64,000 nucleotides of DNA from Gemmatimonadota bacterium (GTDB lineage Bacteria > Gemmatimonadota > Gemmatimonadetes > JACCXV01 > JAHWKZ01). Made by a program: the position numbers and the translations under genes. This document shows, piece by piece, positions 29,584-41,681 of this stretch (position 1 is the first letter of the stretch; each line of letters opens with the position of its first letter). The stretch spans positions 129,010 through 193,009 of the forward strand of contig DATLFH010000018.1 of assembly GCA_035524965.1 (NCBI GenBank), given 5' to 3'. The notes below the pieces were generated by a model. The model was not told the origin of the DNA, did not search any database, and saw only the letters and a program-made list of their open reading frames with translations.

Positions 29584-30521
29584 TCCCCGCCGAGCTGGCG
29601 CGCACGGTCCGGCTGCTCGAGATCCAGACCCGTCACCTCGTCAACGACATCTTCTCCGGTGAGTACGAGAGCGTGTTCAAGGGTCGTGGCGTCGAGTTCG
29701 CCGACGTCCGCGAGTACCAGCCCGGCGACAACGTGCGGGCGATCGACTGGAACGTGACCGCACGGCGCGGGACGCCGTACGTCAAGCAATTCACCGAGGA
29801 ACGGGAGTTGACGGTGATCCTGGCGGTGGATGGCAGCGCCTCGACGCGGTTCGGTACCCAGGGCGCTCTCAAACGCGAGCGCGCGGCCGAGATCGCCGCC
29901 GTTCTCGGACTCGCCGCGAGCCGCAACAACGACCGCGCCGGAGCGCTGCTCTTCGCGGCCGGGATCGAGCGTTACGTCCCGCCACGCAAAGGCAAGACGC
30001 ACGTTCTCCGACTCGTGCGGGACATTCTGACCTTCGATCCACCCGCGCGCGGCACCGACCTCGCCGCGGCGCTCGAGTTCCTGGCGCGCGTGCTCCACCG
30101 CCGGAGCGTCATCTTCGTGCTCTCCGATTTCCTGGATTCCGACTACGAGCGCGCGCTGACGACGCTCGCCGTCCGCCACGACGTGGTCGCGCTGGCCCTC
30201 TCCGACCGGCGCGACCGCGAGCTACCCGACATCGGGCTGATCGAGGTCGTCGAGCCCGAGTCGGGAGTCCGGCGGTGGCTCGACACCGGCTCGCGCAAAG
30301 TCCGCGCCGCGTACGCCGATTCAGCCACCCGCGACGAAGCGGAGCGGCGCAGCGTCTTCCGCCGGGCGGGCGTCGATGTCGTGCCGATCGATACGCTCGC
30401 CGACTACGTGGAGCCGCTGCGGCGGTTCTTCGAACGGCGGGAGCGCCGGCGGGCGAAGGCTGGCTCCCGCCGCCGGCCGTCCGGCCGCCGGGACGTGTCG
30501 ATGAGGGCGGGCGGGCCGTGA
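29580..30521 (+). CDS. DUF58 (VWA-like) protein
   Basis: The ATG overlaps the moxR stop. It has the DUF58 signature REYQPGDNVRAIDW and a VWA-like fold. Confidence 0.85.
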   Translation: MIPAELARTVRLLEIQTRHLVNDIFSGEYESVFKGRGVEFADVREYQPGDNVRAIDWNVTARRGTPYVKQFTEERELTVILAVDGSASTRFGTQGALKRERAAEIAAVLGLAASRNNDRAGALLFAAGIERYVPPRKGKTHVLRLVRDILTFDPPARGTDLAAALEFLARVLHRRSVIFVLSDFLDSDYERALTTLAVRHDVVALALSDRRDRELPDIGLIEVVEPESGVRRWLDTGSRKVRAAYADSATRDEAERRSVFRRAGVDVVPIDTLADYVEPLRRFFERRERRRAKAGSRRRPSGRRDVSMRAGGP

Positions 30522-31543
30522 GGCTGACGGCGCGAGGAATCGTGCCGGCGCTCGCGGGGGCGCTTGGCGGCACGCTCGTCGTCGCGCTCGGCGCCCCGTC
30601 CGCCGGCGCGCAGGGGCCCGGGCCCATGCTCCTCGACTCGACGGCGGTTCAGCCGCCGATCGTGATCCGCATCGTTCCCGAGAATCTGCGCCCGGTCGGC
30701 GATATCGCCGCACCGGACGATCGAACGGTCGGCGACCCCTTCTGGGCGACGGTCCGTACGACCGGGCCGGCGGGCGCCTACCTCCTCCCACAGTCGCTGA
30801 TCGACGCCTACCGTCCTCACGCCGAGCTCGCCGTTCTGGACAGCGATCGGCGGGACGGGCAACTCCGGCTCCGGCTGGCACTCTTCAGGCCCGGCGACGT
30901 CGTGCTCCCCACCGTGAACGCCCGGGTCGCGTTGAACGGCGGCGATACGATCCTCGTCCCGGTGACCTCCGACACGGTGCGGGTCGCGTCGGTGCTGGCG
31001 CCCGGAGATACGCTGCTGGCCGACATCAAGCCCCTCTGGCGGCCGGGCGGCGTGCCGGCCTGGGTCTGGGCGCTCGCGGCCGCCGCGCTGGCGATCGCGA
31101 TCGCGGCCTGGGCGTGGCGCCGCCGGCGCCATCCCGCACCGGCGGCGGGAGGCGGCGCCGCGCTGGATCCGTATGACACGGCCCGGCGCGCGCTGGAGGC
31201 CTTCTCCGAGGACCCCCCGACCTCCGGCCGGCGGACCGAGGCCGCGGCGGAGATCGGGGATACTCTCCGGAGCTACCTGGCCGACGGCTGGGGCGTGCCG
31301 GCCCGCGAGCGGACCACGCTGGAGCTCCTGCCGTCCCTCCCCCCGCGGGGGGCCGCCGAGCGGCCGTCGCTGGCGGCTCTTCTCTCCAGCGCCGACCTTG
31401 CCAAGTTCGCGCGCGTTGCGCCAGAGCCGGGAGTGGTACCGCGACTGGCCGAGCGCGGCCTGACGACCCTCGACCGTCTCGAGGCGCTCCGCCTGGGCGG
31501 CGAGGAGGCCACGCTGCCCGCTGTCCGGGAGGCGGCTTCGTGA
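30518..31543 (+). CDS. Bat-operon associated membrane protein (DUF4381-like)
   Basis: A GTG overlaps the DUF58 stop. It has a signal peptide and one TM segment (WVWALAAAALAIAIAAWAW), and it occupies the position between DUF58 and batA as in canonical Bat operons. Confidence 0.5.
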   Translation: MRLTARGIVPALAGALGGTLVVALGAPSAGAQGPGPMLLDSTAVQPPIVIRIVPENLRPVGDIAAPDDRTVGDPFWATVRTTGPAGAYLLPQSLIDAYRPHAELAVLDSDRRDGQLRLRLALFRPGDVVLPTVNARVALNGGDTILVPVTSDTVRVASVLAPGDTLLADIKPLWRPGGVPAWVWALAAAALAIAIAAWAWRRRRHPAPAAGGGAALDPYDTARRALEAFSEDPPTSGRRTEAAAEIGDTLRSYLADGWGVPARERTTLELLPSLPPRGAAERPSLAALLSSADLAKFARVAPEPGVVPRLAERGLTTLDRLEALRLGGEEATLPAVREAAS

Positions 31544-32559
31544 TCCCCTTCCTCGATCCGGGATTCGGGATGTGGGCGTTCGCCAGCCCCGCGTGGCTCT
31601 TCCTGCTGCTCGGTCTGCCCGCGTTCTGGATCTGGGCTTCGCACCGCCGTCGGCGGCGGCGGGCGCTGGTCCTGCCCGCCCTCGCGACGGCGAGGGATCT
31701 GCCCCGCACCTGGCGCGAGCGGCTGCGGGGGATGCCTGAGGCTTTGCGCGTGCTCGCGTTCGCCTGCGGGGTGCTGGCCCTGGCCCGGCCGCAGGAGCTG
31801 GCGGCGGGCCGCCCGATCACGACGTCCGGTGTCGACATCGTGCTCGCTCTCGACGCTTCGGGGAGCATGAAGGCCGAGGATTTCCAGCCGCGGAACCGGC
31901 TCGAGGTCGCCAAGGAGGCGGCGATCGAGTTCGTGCAGGACCGGGCTTCCGATCGGATCGGCATCGTGACCTTCGCCGGTCAGGCCGTAACCCAAGCGCC
32001 GTTGACGCTCGACCACGAGGCGCTGACCGGTGCGGTCCGGCGGGTCGAGATCGGCGGCCTGGCCGAGGGAACCGCGATCGGCACCGCGCTGGCCACCGCG
32101 GTCAACCGGCTCCGCGCCTCGGAAGCGCGCAGCCGGGTCGTGATCCTCCTGACCGACGGGGTCAACAACGCCGGACCGATCGACCCGCTGACCGCCGCCG
32201 AGACCGCCCGCGCGCTGGGCGTGCGGGTCTATACGATCGGCGTGGGAACGACGGGAGAGGCGCCGTACCTGCTGGAGGACCCGCGCTTCGGGCGGCGCTA
32301 CGTGCGGGTCGTCGTGCGGATCGACGAGGAGATCCTCGAGCGGATCGCGAGCCGGACGGGCGGGCGCTATTTCCGGGCTACCGATCCGCAGGCGCTCGAT
32401 CGCGTGTACGCCGAGATCGACCGACTCGAGCGCTCACCGCTGACCGGCCGCCGCCCGGTCGTGAGGTTCGACCGCTACCTGTGGTTCCTGTTGCCGGCCC
32501 TGGGGTTCATCGTGATGGAGGGAGTCCTGCGCGGGACCCTGTTCCGGAGGCTTCCGTGA
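31540..32559 (+). CDS. batA: VWA-domain protein BatA
   Basis: A GTG overlaps the upstream stop. It has N-terminal TM segments and a VWA domain with MIDAS (DASGSM). Confidence 0.85.
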   Translation: MIPFLDPGFGMWAFASPAWLFLLLGLPAFWIWASHRRRRRRALVLPALATARDLPRTWRERLRGMPEALRVLAFACGVLALARPQELAAGRPITTSGVDIVLALDASGSMKAEDFQPRNRLEVAKEAAIEFVQDRASDRIGIVTFAGQAVTQAPLTLDHEALTGAVRRVEIGGLAEGTAIGTALATAVNRLRASEARSRVVILLTDGVNNAGPIDPLTAAETARALGVRVYTIGVGTTGEAPYLLEDPRFGRRYVRVVVRIDEEILERIASRTGGRYFRATDPQALDRVYAEIDRLERSPLTGRRPVVRFDRYLWFLLPALGFIVMEGVLRGTLFRRLP

Positions 32560-34271
32560 TCGACGGGTGGAGCGAGATCGGATGGCTGCGCCCGGAATGG
32601 CTGGTCCTCCTCGCTCTCGTACCGATCGCTGCCGGCGCCATCGCCTGGTCGATCCGCCGCCGCCGCCGAGCGCTGGACGTTTTCGCCGAAGCCGAGGTGC
32701 GCGGCCGGACGCAAACTCTGCCCGCCGGGCCGCGCCTCGTTCGGGGCGCCCTGCTCGTTCTGGCTCTGGCGGGGGTCGTGACCGCCGCCGCCGGACCGCA
32801 ATGGGGAACGGAGCGAATCGCCGCACCGCCGGTCGCGCAGCAGGTCGTCTTCGCCCTGGATGTATCGCGCTCGATGCTGGCCCGGGACGCGAACCCGAGC
32901 CGTCTCGACCGCGCGCGGCTCGCGATCCGACAGATCCTGGCGTCGCTCCCGGCCGCGGAAGCGGGGCTCGTCGTCTTCGCGGGGGAGGCTTCGCTCGTCG
33001 TGCCGCTCACGCGGGACATCTCGGCGATCGAGCTCTACCTGGCTTCGACGGGCCCGGACTGGATCAGCGATCCGAGCACCGATCTCGGAAACGCGGTCAA
33101 GGTCGCGCTGGAGGCGTTCGGTCCGGATCGCGCCCCGGGTCGAGCGATCGTGGTCCTCTCGGACGGCGAGGATCACGCGGGGAACGCGGCGGTGGAGGCT
33201 CGCGCGGCGCGCGAGCCGGAAGTCCAGATCGAGACCGTCGGCGTCGGCACCCAGGAAGGGGCCCGGATCCCGATCGGCGGCGCGTGGCTCGAGTCGGGCG
33301 GCGAGGTCGTCGTGACGCGGCTCGACCCCGAGCCGCTGGCGGAGATGGCGGCCGTCTCGGGCGGCGTCTCCGTCACGCTCGACGGACCGGGAGAGGACAT
33401 GGCGACGCTGATCGCGCGCCTTCGATCGCTCGACACCGGACGCGCCGAGGGGCAAGGCTCCGAGCGGCGCGCCGACCGATATCGCTGGCCACTGGCGCCC
33501 GCGGTGCTCGCCCTGGGGATCGAGGCGATCCTGCGGGCTCGCGGGCTCCGCGCTCGCCGGCGCATGGAGCCGGGGCTGGCCATCGCGGCCGCAGCGCTCC
33601 TCCTCGGGATGGGGCGCCCCCAGGCGCCGGCCGATCTCTACGAGGAAGGACGCTACCGGGACGCGCTGGCGGCGTGGCGGACCGCCGACCGGTCGCCCGG
33701 CGCGGAACCGCATGACGCCTACAACCGGGGGAACGCTGCCTATCGACTGGCGGAGCATCGCGAGGCGGCGGCCGCGTACGCCGTCGCCGCCCGCACCGCC
33801 GGCGAGCGCATCCGCGCCTCGGAAGCGTGGTACAACGCGGGGAACGCGCGCTTCCGGATCGCCGAAGGGGTCGAGGCGGGGGCAGGTGGCGCGGAGAACG
33901 AAGGACGATCGAGCAGCGCCCGTTATTGGGACAGCGCAGTGGCGGCCTACCGGAAAGCGCTCCTGCGCGATTCGAACGATCGGGACGCGAAGCACAACCT
34001 CGAGCTCGCGCTCCGCCGCCGGAATCAGGCCGGCGGGGGCGGGGGCGGTGGTGGAGCCGGCGGCGGCGGTGGTGAGGGGGGCGGCGCGGGCGGCGGCGGG
34101 CGCGGAATCCAGCCGCCTTCCAGCCAGCAGGGCGGGGGAGAGGCGGAGGGCGGGATGACCCGCGCGGAGGCCGAGCGGTTGTTGGACGCGCTGGCCGCCC
34201 AGGAGCGGGAGGCGCTCGTCCGGGAGGAAGGGGAGGAACGCGGCGGTGTCCCCCAGGAGCCGGGATGGTGA
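32556..34271 (+). CDS. batB: VWA + TPR protein BatB (BatB/BatC-like)
   Basis: A GTG overlaps the batA stop. It has a VWA domain (DVSRSM), then TPR repeats, then a Gly-rich tract (GGGGGGGAGGGGGEGGGAGGGG) and a charged coiled C-terminus. Confidence 0.8.
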   Translation: MIDGWSEIGWLRPEWLVLLALVPIAAGAIAWSIRRRRRALDVFAEAEVRGRTQTLPAGPRLVRGALLVLALAGVVTAAAGPQWGTERIAAPPVAQQVVFALDVSRSMLARDANPSRLDRARLAIRQILASLPAAEAGLVVFAGEASLVVPLTRDISAIELYLASTGPDWISDPSTDLGNAVKVALEAFGPDRAPGRAIVVLSDGEDHAGNAAVEARAAREPEVQIETVGVGTQEGARIPIGGAWLESGGEVVVTRLDPEPLAEMAAVSGGVSVTLDGPGEDMATLIARLRSLDTGRAEGQGSERRADRYRWPLAPAVLALGIEAILRARGLRARRRMEPGLAIAAAALLLGMGRPQAPADLYEEGRYRDALAAWRTADRSPGAEPHDAYNRGNAAYRLAEHREAAAAYAVAARTAGERIRASEAWYNAGNARFRIAEGVEAGAGGAENEGRSSSARYWDSAVAAYRKALLRDSNDRDAKHNLELALRRRNQAGGGGGGGGAGGGGGEGGGAGGGGRGIQPPSSQQGGGEAEGGMTRAEAERLLDALAAQEREALVREEGEERGGVPQEPGW

Positions 34272-36754
34272 GCGGGCGGCTGCGGATCGGGCTCTGTCTG
34301 CCGCTGCCTCTCCTGGCACTGCTGGGGACCACCGGCCCCCTTTCCGCCCAGGACGGCGCCGCCACGGTGACCGCGCGGCTCGAGCCCGCCGCAATTCGCG
34401 CGGGACAGACGGTCGATCTCGTCGTCGAGGTCGTGCCGGGCGGCGTCACGAGCCGGATCGAGGAGCCGGAGCTGCCGGAGCTCGCGGCGGCCGTGGTCGG
34501 TCAGAGTCGGGAGTCCCAGGTACAACTGGACGGCGGGGGGATGTCGCGGCGGGTCATCTTCCGCTACCGGTTGCGCCCGATGACGCCCGGCGCGCTCTGG
34601 ATCGACCCCATCCGGGTCGTCGTCGACGGTCGAGCCTTCCAGACGCCCGCCCTCGAACTCGCGATCCTTCCCGACGGGTCTGAAGGCGGCGAGACGCCCG
34701 GGCTCGCCCGCGAGCGGATCTGGGAAGCCGAGGGTCCACCCCCCTTCTTCGTGACGGCGCGGGTCGATCGCGGGCGCGCGCTGATCGGAGAGCAGGTCAC
34801 GTTGACCTTCGCCTTCTACCATGATCCCCGGGTGCCGCTCGCCGAAAGCCCCGACTACGACCCGCCGGCCACGCCGGGCTTCTGGCGTCTGGAGATCGAT
34901 CGCGAGCCGCGCGTCGACGTCGAACGGATCGGCCGCCGGGCGTACCACGTCCAGCGATTCCGCTACGCGCTCTTTCCGTTGCGAGAGGGACCCCTGACGA
35001 TCGGACCGGCAACCGTGCGGATCGTCGAGCCGGACCCGGCGCGATGGTGGCGCTCCGGCGATACCCGCACCCTCGAGACCGACCCGCTCCGGATCACGGC
35101 GGAGCCACTGCCGTCGGGAGCGCCGCGCGGCTTCGCCGGAGCGGTCGGCAACTACGCGCTCGATGGCGGTGTGCGGGGCGGGCGGGCGACGGTCGGGATC
35201 CCGCTCGAGTTGGCGCTCACGGTCTCCGGCCAGGGGAATCCCACGGCCGTCGGGGCTCCGCTCCTGCCCGCCTGGCCGGACGTCGACGTGCAGCCCCCGA
35301 GCATCGAGACGGAGACCCGCGTGCGGCGCGCGAAGGTCGGAGGCGAGACGACGTTTCGCTACCTGCTGTCGCCCCGGGCGGCCGGCCGACTCGACCTCGG
35401 GTCGGCCCGGTTCGCCTTCTACGATCCCCTCGCGGACGGCTACGTCGTCGATACGATCGCGCTGGGTGAGATCGAGGTCCTGCCCGGATCGGCCGGTGCC
35501 CCGGCGCCCACCGTCTCGCCCCGCCCCACCGGTCCGACGCTCTGGGCGGTGCGGGAGCCAATCGCACCTGCGCCCGCCGGGCTGGCGCGCGAGGTCGCGT
35601 ACTGGGCGGCTCTCGCCGGGCCGTGGCTGGCCTGGCTCGCGGTCGCGGGGTTCCGCCAATTCCGGAGCCGTCACGCGGAGTGGCGGGCGGGGCGAGCGCC
35701 GCTCGCGCGGCTGGCTCAGGCGCGCCGGGCGCTCGTGGCCGGGGAGCCCGGCGCGGCCGCGGCCGCTCTCAAGGCGATCGACGCCGCCCTCGCCGCCCGC
35801 TTCGTGGATCGGGTGCCCGCGGACGCGGACCAGGCCGCACGTGAGGCGCGCGCGACCCTCGCCGCGGCCGCCTACTCGGACCGGCCGGTACCCGAATCGT
35901 CGCGGGCCCTCGAGCGCCTCGAGGCCACGCTCGGCGTGGGGAGGCGCGGCATGAGCCATCGTCCGCCGCCCGGGGGGAAAGTTCTTCTCGCTGTGGCGTT
36001 GGCCTCGACTGCGCTGGCCTCGACGGGGCCGGCGGCGGGGGAGACCGACCCGCCCGCGGTTGATCGCTGGAAGGCCGCCAATCAGGCTTACCGATCGGGT
36101 GCGTTCGGCCCCGCCGCCGAGGCCTACCGTTCTCTCCTGCGCTCCACGCCGGACCCCCGCCTCGAGGCGGACCTCGCCGCAGCGCTCTGGCGGTTCGGCG
36201 AGCGGGGCGAGGCTGTCCTCCACTACCACCACGCCTTGCGGTTGGCGCCGCGCTCGGGTGTGATCCGGGGGGACCTGGCACGGCTCAGGACCGAGCTCGG
36301 GAACCCGCCGCGGGCGGGGTCGGGGCTCCAGCTCGCGCTCGACCGGTTCCGGCTGGACGAGATCCTCGCCGCGCTCCTCACCGCGAACACGCTGGCGTTC
36401 GGGCTGGTCGTGGCCGCCGCGCGGCGGCGGCGCGGGCGCGGCCTCGCGCTCGGCGGCGTAACGCTGGTCGTCGCGCTCGCCGCGCTCGCCGCCGTGGCCG
36501 CGCACACCCGATCCGCCACCCTCCTCGGGGTGGCGCTTCGCCCCGCCGTCATGACCGCCGAGCCCGCAAACGGCTCCGATGTGCACGGGGGTCCGCCCGC
36601 ACTCGGCAGCCTGGCGGAGGGAAGCGTGATCGAGATCCTCGACCGGAGCTCGACCGGCTGGCGGATCCGAGCGCCGGGCGCTCCCGCCGGTTGGGTGGCG
36701 TCCGATCGAATCGTGCCGCTAGATTGGGCCGCCGATCCCGGGATCCTCCACTAG
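34265..36754 (+). CDS. batD: BatD oxygen-tolerance protein fused to TPR (BatE-like) and C-terminal SH3b domain
   Basis: The ATG overlaps the batB stop. An N-terminal BatD domain is followed by a TM segment and TPR repeats (AYRSGAFGPAAEAYRSLL...), and then by an SH3-like tail (GSVIEILDRSSTGWRIRAPG). Confidence 0.75.
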   Translation: MVSGRLRIGLCLPLPLLALLGTTGPLSAQDGAATVTARLEPAAIRAGQTVDLVVEVVPGGVTSRIEEPELPELAAAVVGQSRESQVQLDGGGMSRRVIFRYRLRPMTPGALWIDPIRVVVDGRAFQTPALELAILPDGSEGGETPGLARERIWEAEGPPPFFVTARVDRGRALIGEQVTLTFAFYHDPRVPLAESPDYDPPATPGFWRLEIDREPRVDVERIGRRAYHVQRFRYALFPLREGPLTIGPATVRIVEPDPARWWRSGDTRTLETDPLRITAEPLPSGAPRGFAGAVGNYALDGGVRGGRATVGIPLELALTVSGQGNPTAVGAPLLPAWPDVDVQPPSIETETRVRRAKVGGETTFRYLLSPRAAGRLDLGSARFAFYDPLADGYVVDTIALGEIEVLPGSAGAPAPTVSPRPTGPTLWAVREPIAPAPAGLAREVAYWAALAGPWLAWLAVAGFRQFRSRHAEWRAGRAPLARLAQARRALVAGEPGAAAAALKAIDAALAARFVDRVPADADQAAREARATLAAAAYSDRPVPESSRALERLEATLGVGRRGMSHRPPPGGKVLLAVALASTALASTGPAAGETDPPAVDRWKAANQAYRSGAFGPAAEAYRSLLRSTPDPRLEADLAAALWRFGERGEAVLHYHHALRLAPRSGVIRGDLARLRTELGNPPRAGSGLQLALDRFRLDEILAALLTANTLAFGLVVAAARRRRGRGLALGGVTLVVALAALAAVAAHTRSATLLGVALRPAVMTAEPANGSDVHGGPPALGSLAEGSVIEILDRSSTGWRIRAPGAPAGWVASDRIVPLDWAADPGILH

Positions 36755-36811
36755 ATCGATACGACCGCGCCGGCGGATCGCGCCGGTCTCGCACCCGAGC
36801 CCAAGCGCAAC

Positions 36812-37272
36812 GTGATTCTTTACGCCAACGTCCTGCTGGCGACCGATTTCTCCCGGCCGGCCGCGTACGCGGCAGACCACGCCGCCGCGCTCGCCCGCGC
36901 CACGGGAGCGGTGCTGCACCTGATCCACGTGGTGGAGGATTTCTCCTATTGGGAGAGCTTCAGCCTCAAGCATTTCCCATCGCCCGACGTTTTCGACGAG
37001 CTGAAGGAGAGCGCCCGTCTCGCGCTGGAGGATCTTTTTCCATCGGATGACAGGGCCGGGTTCGAGGTGCGGACCCACGTGCGTCACGGAAAGCCCTTCA
37101 TCGAGATCATCCGGGCGGCCCGCGATCTTACGGCGGACGTCATCGTCGTGGGGAGCCACGGGCAGTCGGGGGTCGCCGAAGCGCTCTTCGGGTCGACCGC
37201 CGAGAAGGTCGTCCGCAAGGCCTCCTGCGCCGTCCTCGTCGTGCGGCATCCGGACCACACCTTCTCGATGCC

Positions 37273-37276
<4 letters not shown>
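36812..37276 (+). CDS. uspA: Universal stress protein
   Basis: It has the UspA fold with the ATP-binding motif VIVVGSHGQSGVAEALFGSTAEKVVRKASCAVLVV. Confidence 0.85.
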
Positions 37277-39057
<1,781 letters not shown>

Positions 39058-39070
39058 CCGGCCGCTGAAA

Positions 39071-40006
39071 ATGGGCGACTCGTGCGCTCCACTCGTCGAA
39101 CAGCCGTACCTCGTCGTCGCGGGACCGACGGCGGTCGGCAAGAGCGCGGTGGCGATCGAGCTGGCTGAGCGATTGGAGGGGGAGATCGTGATCGCCGACT
39201 CGCGGCAGGTGTACAAAGGGATCGAGATCGGAACGGCCAAGCCGTCGGCCGCCGAGCGACGGCGCACGCGTCACCATCTGCTGGGCATCGTCGAGCTTGG
39301 TACGCTCTACACCGCCGCCGACTTCGCACGTGACGCGCGCGCCGCGGTGGCCGATATCCAGGCCCGCGGTCGAACGGCCGTCGTCTGCGGGGGAACAGGA
39401 TTCTATCTGGCGGCTCTTGCGGGAGCGCTCGACCCGCTCGCGGAGGAACCTTCGGCCGCCGCACGGGCCGCGGCGCGGGCCCGCGTCGGTGCGATCCCGC
39501 GCGCTGACCGCCACGCCGCCCTGGCGCGCGTCGACCCGCGATCGGCGAGGCGGCTCCACCCCCACGACCGCCGGCGCGTCGAGCGCGCGCTCGAGGTCTA
39601 CTTCCTGACCGGTCGAAGTCTGGCCGCGCTCCAGTCGGGGGGCGGCCAGATCCTCCCCCATCTCGAGTTTCGCCTCACCCGACCCCGCGCGGAGCTGCGC
39701 GCCCGTATCGAGGAGCGGCTCGCGGCGATGCTCGAGGCCGGGCTCGAAGCCGAAGCGCGGGCACTCTGGGAGGTCGGGTGGACGCCTTGCGATCCGGGGA
39801 TCGACACGATCGGAATCCAGGAGTGGTGGCCCCATTTCGGGGGCGAGCGCGATCGCGAGGCCACCGTGGAGGCGATCCTGACCGCCACCACCCGCTACGC
39901 GAAGCGGCAGGAGACCTGGTTCCGTCACCAGGGCGATTACGACCCCGTGCCGGCCGAGGGGGCGACAGCGGCGATCCTCGCGGCCTGGATGGAGAAAGTC
40001 CGTTGA
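39071..40006 (+). CDS. miaA: tRNA dimethylallyltransferase
   Basis: It has the P-loop GPTAVGKS and the motifs SRQVYKGIEIGTAKP and HHLLGIV. Confidence 0.9.
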   Translation: MGDSCAPLVEQPYLVVAGPTAVGKSAVAIELAERLEGEIVIADSRQVYKGIEIGTAKPSAAERRRTRHHLLGIVELGTLYTAADFARDARAAVADIQARGRTAVVCGGTGFYLAALAGALDPLAEEPSAAARAAARARVGAIPRADRHAALARVDPRSARRLHPHDRRRVERALEVYFLTGRSLAALQSGGGQILPHLEFRLTRPRAELRARIEERLAAMLEAGLEAEARALWEVGWTPCDPGIDTIGIQEWWPHFGGERDREATVEAILTATTRYAKRQETWFRHQGDYDPVPAEGATAAILAAWMEKVR

Positions 40007-40815
40007 CCGCGTGGGAGGCGGCCGTGCTCGGCCTCATCCAGGGCCTGACCGAATTTCTGCCCATCTCATCGAGCGGACACCTCGTGATCGGACAGACGAT
40101 CTTCGGCCTGCGCGGGGACCACCTGCCGTTCGACGTCGTCGTGCACGGGGCCACGCTGGGGGCGATCGCGATCCACTTCCGCCACAGGCTGATCGAGCTT
40201 CTGAGCTCGGTCGACCTGGACTACTTCGGCAAGCTCGGCCTCGGAACGCTCCCCGCGCTGATCGTCGGGCTCACACTTCGCCACCCGATCGAGAGGCTCT
40301 TCGACGCCCCCCTGGTGGTGGCCGGACTGCTGGCCGTCACCGGCACGATGCTTCTCTCCCTCTACTGGCGGCGGCCCGGCCGCCGTGGTTCCGAGCGCTC
40401 CACGACCGGCTGGGCGGAGGGGAGCGAGGAGCCTACCTGGGCGGCGGCCTTCCTGATCGGCTGCGTCCAGGCGGTCGCGATACTCCCCGGGATCAGCCGG
40501 TCCGGCTCGACGATCGTCGCGGCGATTTGGCTCGGGGTCGCGCCCGCCGCGGCCGCCGAGTTCTCGTTCCTGCTCGGGATCCCCGCGATCGGGGGCGCGA
40601 TCGTGCTCCTGACCGGCGACGTGGGGACCGCGGCCCGCGGGGGAGAGGGCACGGAACTCCTGTTGGGGGCCGGGACGGCGCTCATCTCGGGCCTGGTCGC
40701 GATCACGCTCGTCTTTCGACTCCTCGCGGGTCACGGCTTCCGCCGCTTCGGCTTCTACTGCTGGATCGTCGCCGCCCTGTTCGGGATCTATGTCATCACG
40801 CGAGGGGCCGCGTGA
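40003..40815 (+). CDS. uppP: Undecaprenyl-diphosphatase
   Basis: A TTG overlaps the miaA stop. It has the BacA motifs (LTEFLPISSSGH, PGISRSGSTI). Confidence 0.85.
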   Translation: MTAWEAAVLGLIQGLTEFLPISSSGHLVIGQTIFGLRGDHLPFDVVVHGATLGAIAIHFRHRLIELLSSVDLDYFGKLGLGTLPALIVGLTLRHPIERLFDAPLVVAGLLAVTGTMLLSLYWRRPGRRGSERSTTGWAEGSEEPTWAAAFLIGCVQAVAILPGISRSGSTIVAAIWLGVAPAAAAEFSFLLGIPAIGGAIVLLTGDVGTAARGGEGTELLLGAGTALISGLVAITLVFRLLAGHGFRRFGFYCWIVAALFGIYVITRGAA

Positions 40816-41681
40816 CGGGCGACCGGGCGGCCCCCGCGCCGGACACGGCCGATCCGGTCGGCGCCGCGCTCGCGGAGGACATCGGGCCGGGAGACATCAC
40901 GACCCGGGCGACGGTCTCGCGAGGGCTCCACGGCAGGGCGACCATCGTCGCCCGAGCCTCGGGGATCGTAGCGGGGCTCGAGGTGGCGGCCGAGACGTAC
41001 CGCCGGGTCGATCCGCTCGTCGAGTTCGCGCCTGCCTCGGGGGACGGATCCTTCGTCGAGCCGGAAGCGGTCGTGGCGGTCGCCCGGGGCCCATTCGCGG
41101 CCCTCCTGACGGCCGAGCGGGTGGCCCTCAATTTTCTCCAGCACCTCTCCGGGATCGCCACCCTGACCGCGCGGTTCGTGGCCGCAGTCGAAGGAACCCG
41201 GGCCCGGATCGTCGATACCCGGAAGACGACCCCCGGCTTGCGGGCCCTCGAGAAAGGCGCCGTCCGGGCGGGCGGCGGATGGAACCACCGGATCGGTCTC
41301 TACGACGCCTATCTCATCAAGGAGAACCACATCGCGGGCGCGGGCGGGATCGCCGCCGCCCTGGCGGCAGTGGCGGTCCACAATCGGGAAGGCAAGCCGG
41401 CCGAGATCGAGGTGCGATCGATCGAGGAGCTCGCACTGGCGCTCGCCGCTGAGCCCCATCCGGACCGGATCCTCTGCGACAACTTTTCCCTGGACGATCT
41501 CGCCACCGCGGTGGAGCGCATCCGTTCCCGCGCCCCGCGGGTTCTGATCGAGGCCAGCGGCGGCGTGAACCTCTCGAACGTCCGCGCGGTGGCGGAGATG
41601 GGAGTCGACTGGATCTCGGTCGGCGCGCTGACCCACTCCGCCCCGGCGCTCGACCTGTCGTGCCGGATCGAGCGGTCATGA
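40812..41681 (+). CDS. nadC: Nicotinate-nucleotide pyrophosphorylase (carboxylating)
   Basis: A GTG overlaps the uppP stop. It has the QPRTase N- and C-terminal domains (DTRKTTPGLR, LIKENH). Confidence 0.9.
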   Translation: MTGDRAAPAPDTADPVGAALAEDIGPGDITTRATVSRGLHGRATIVARASGIVAGLEVAAETYRRVDPLVEFAPASGDGSFVEPEAVVAVARGPFAALLTAERVALNFLQHLSGIATLTARFVAAVEGTRARIVDTRKTTPGLRALEKGAVRAGGGWNHRIGLYDAYLIKENHIAGAGGIAAALAAVAVHNREGKPAEIEVRSIEELALALAAEPHPDRILCDNFSLDDLATAVERIRSRAPRVLIEASGGVNLSNVRAVAEMGVDWISVGALTHSAPALDLSCRIERS

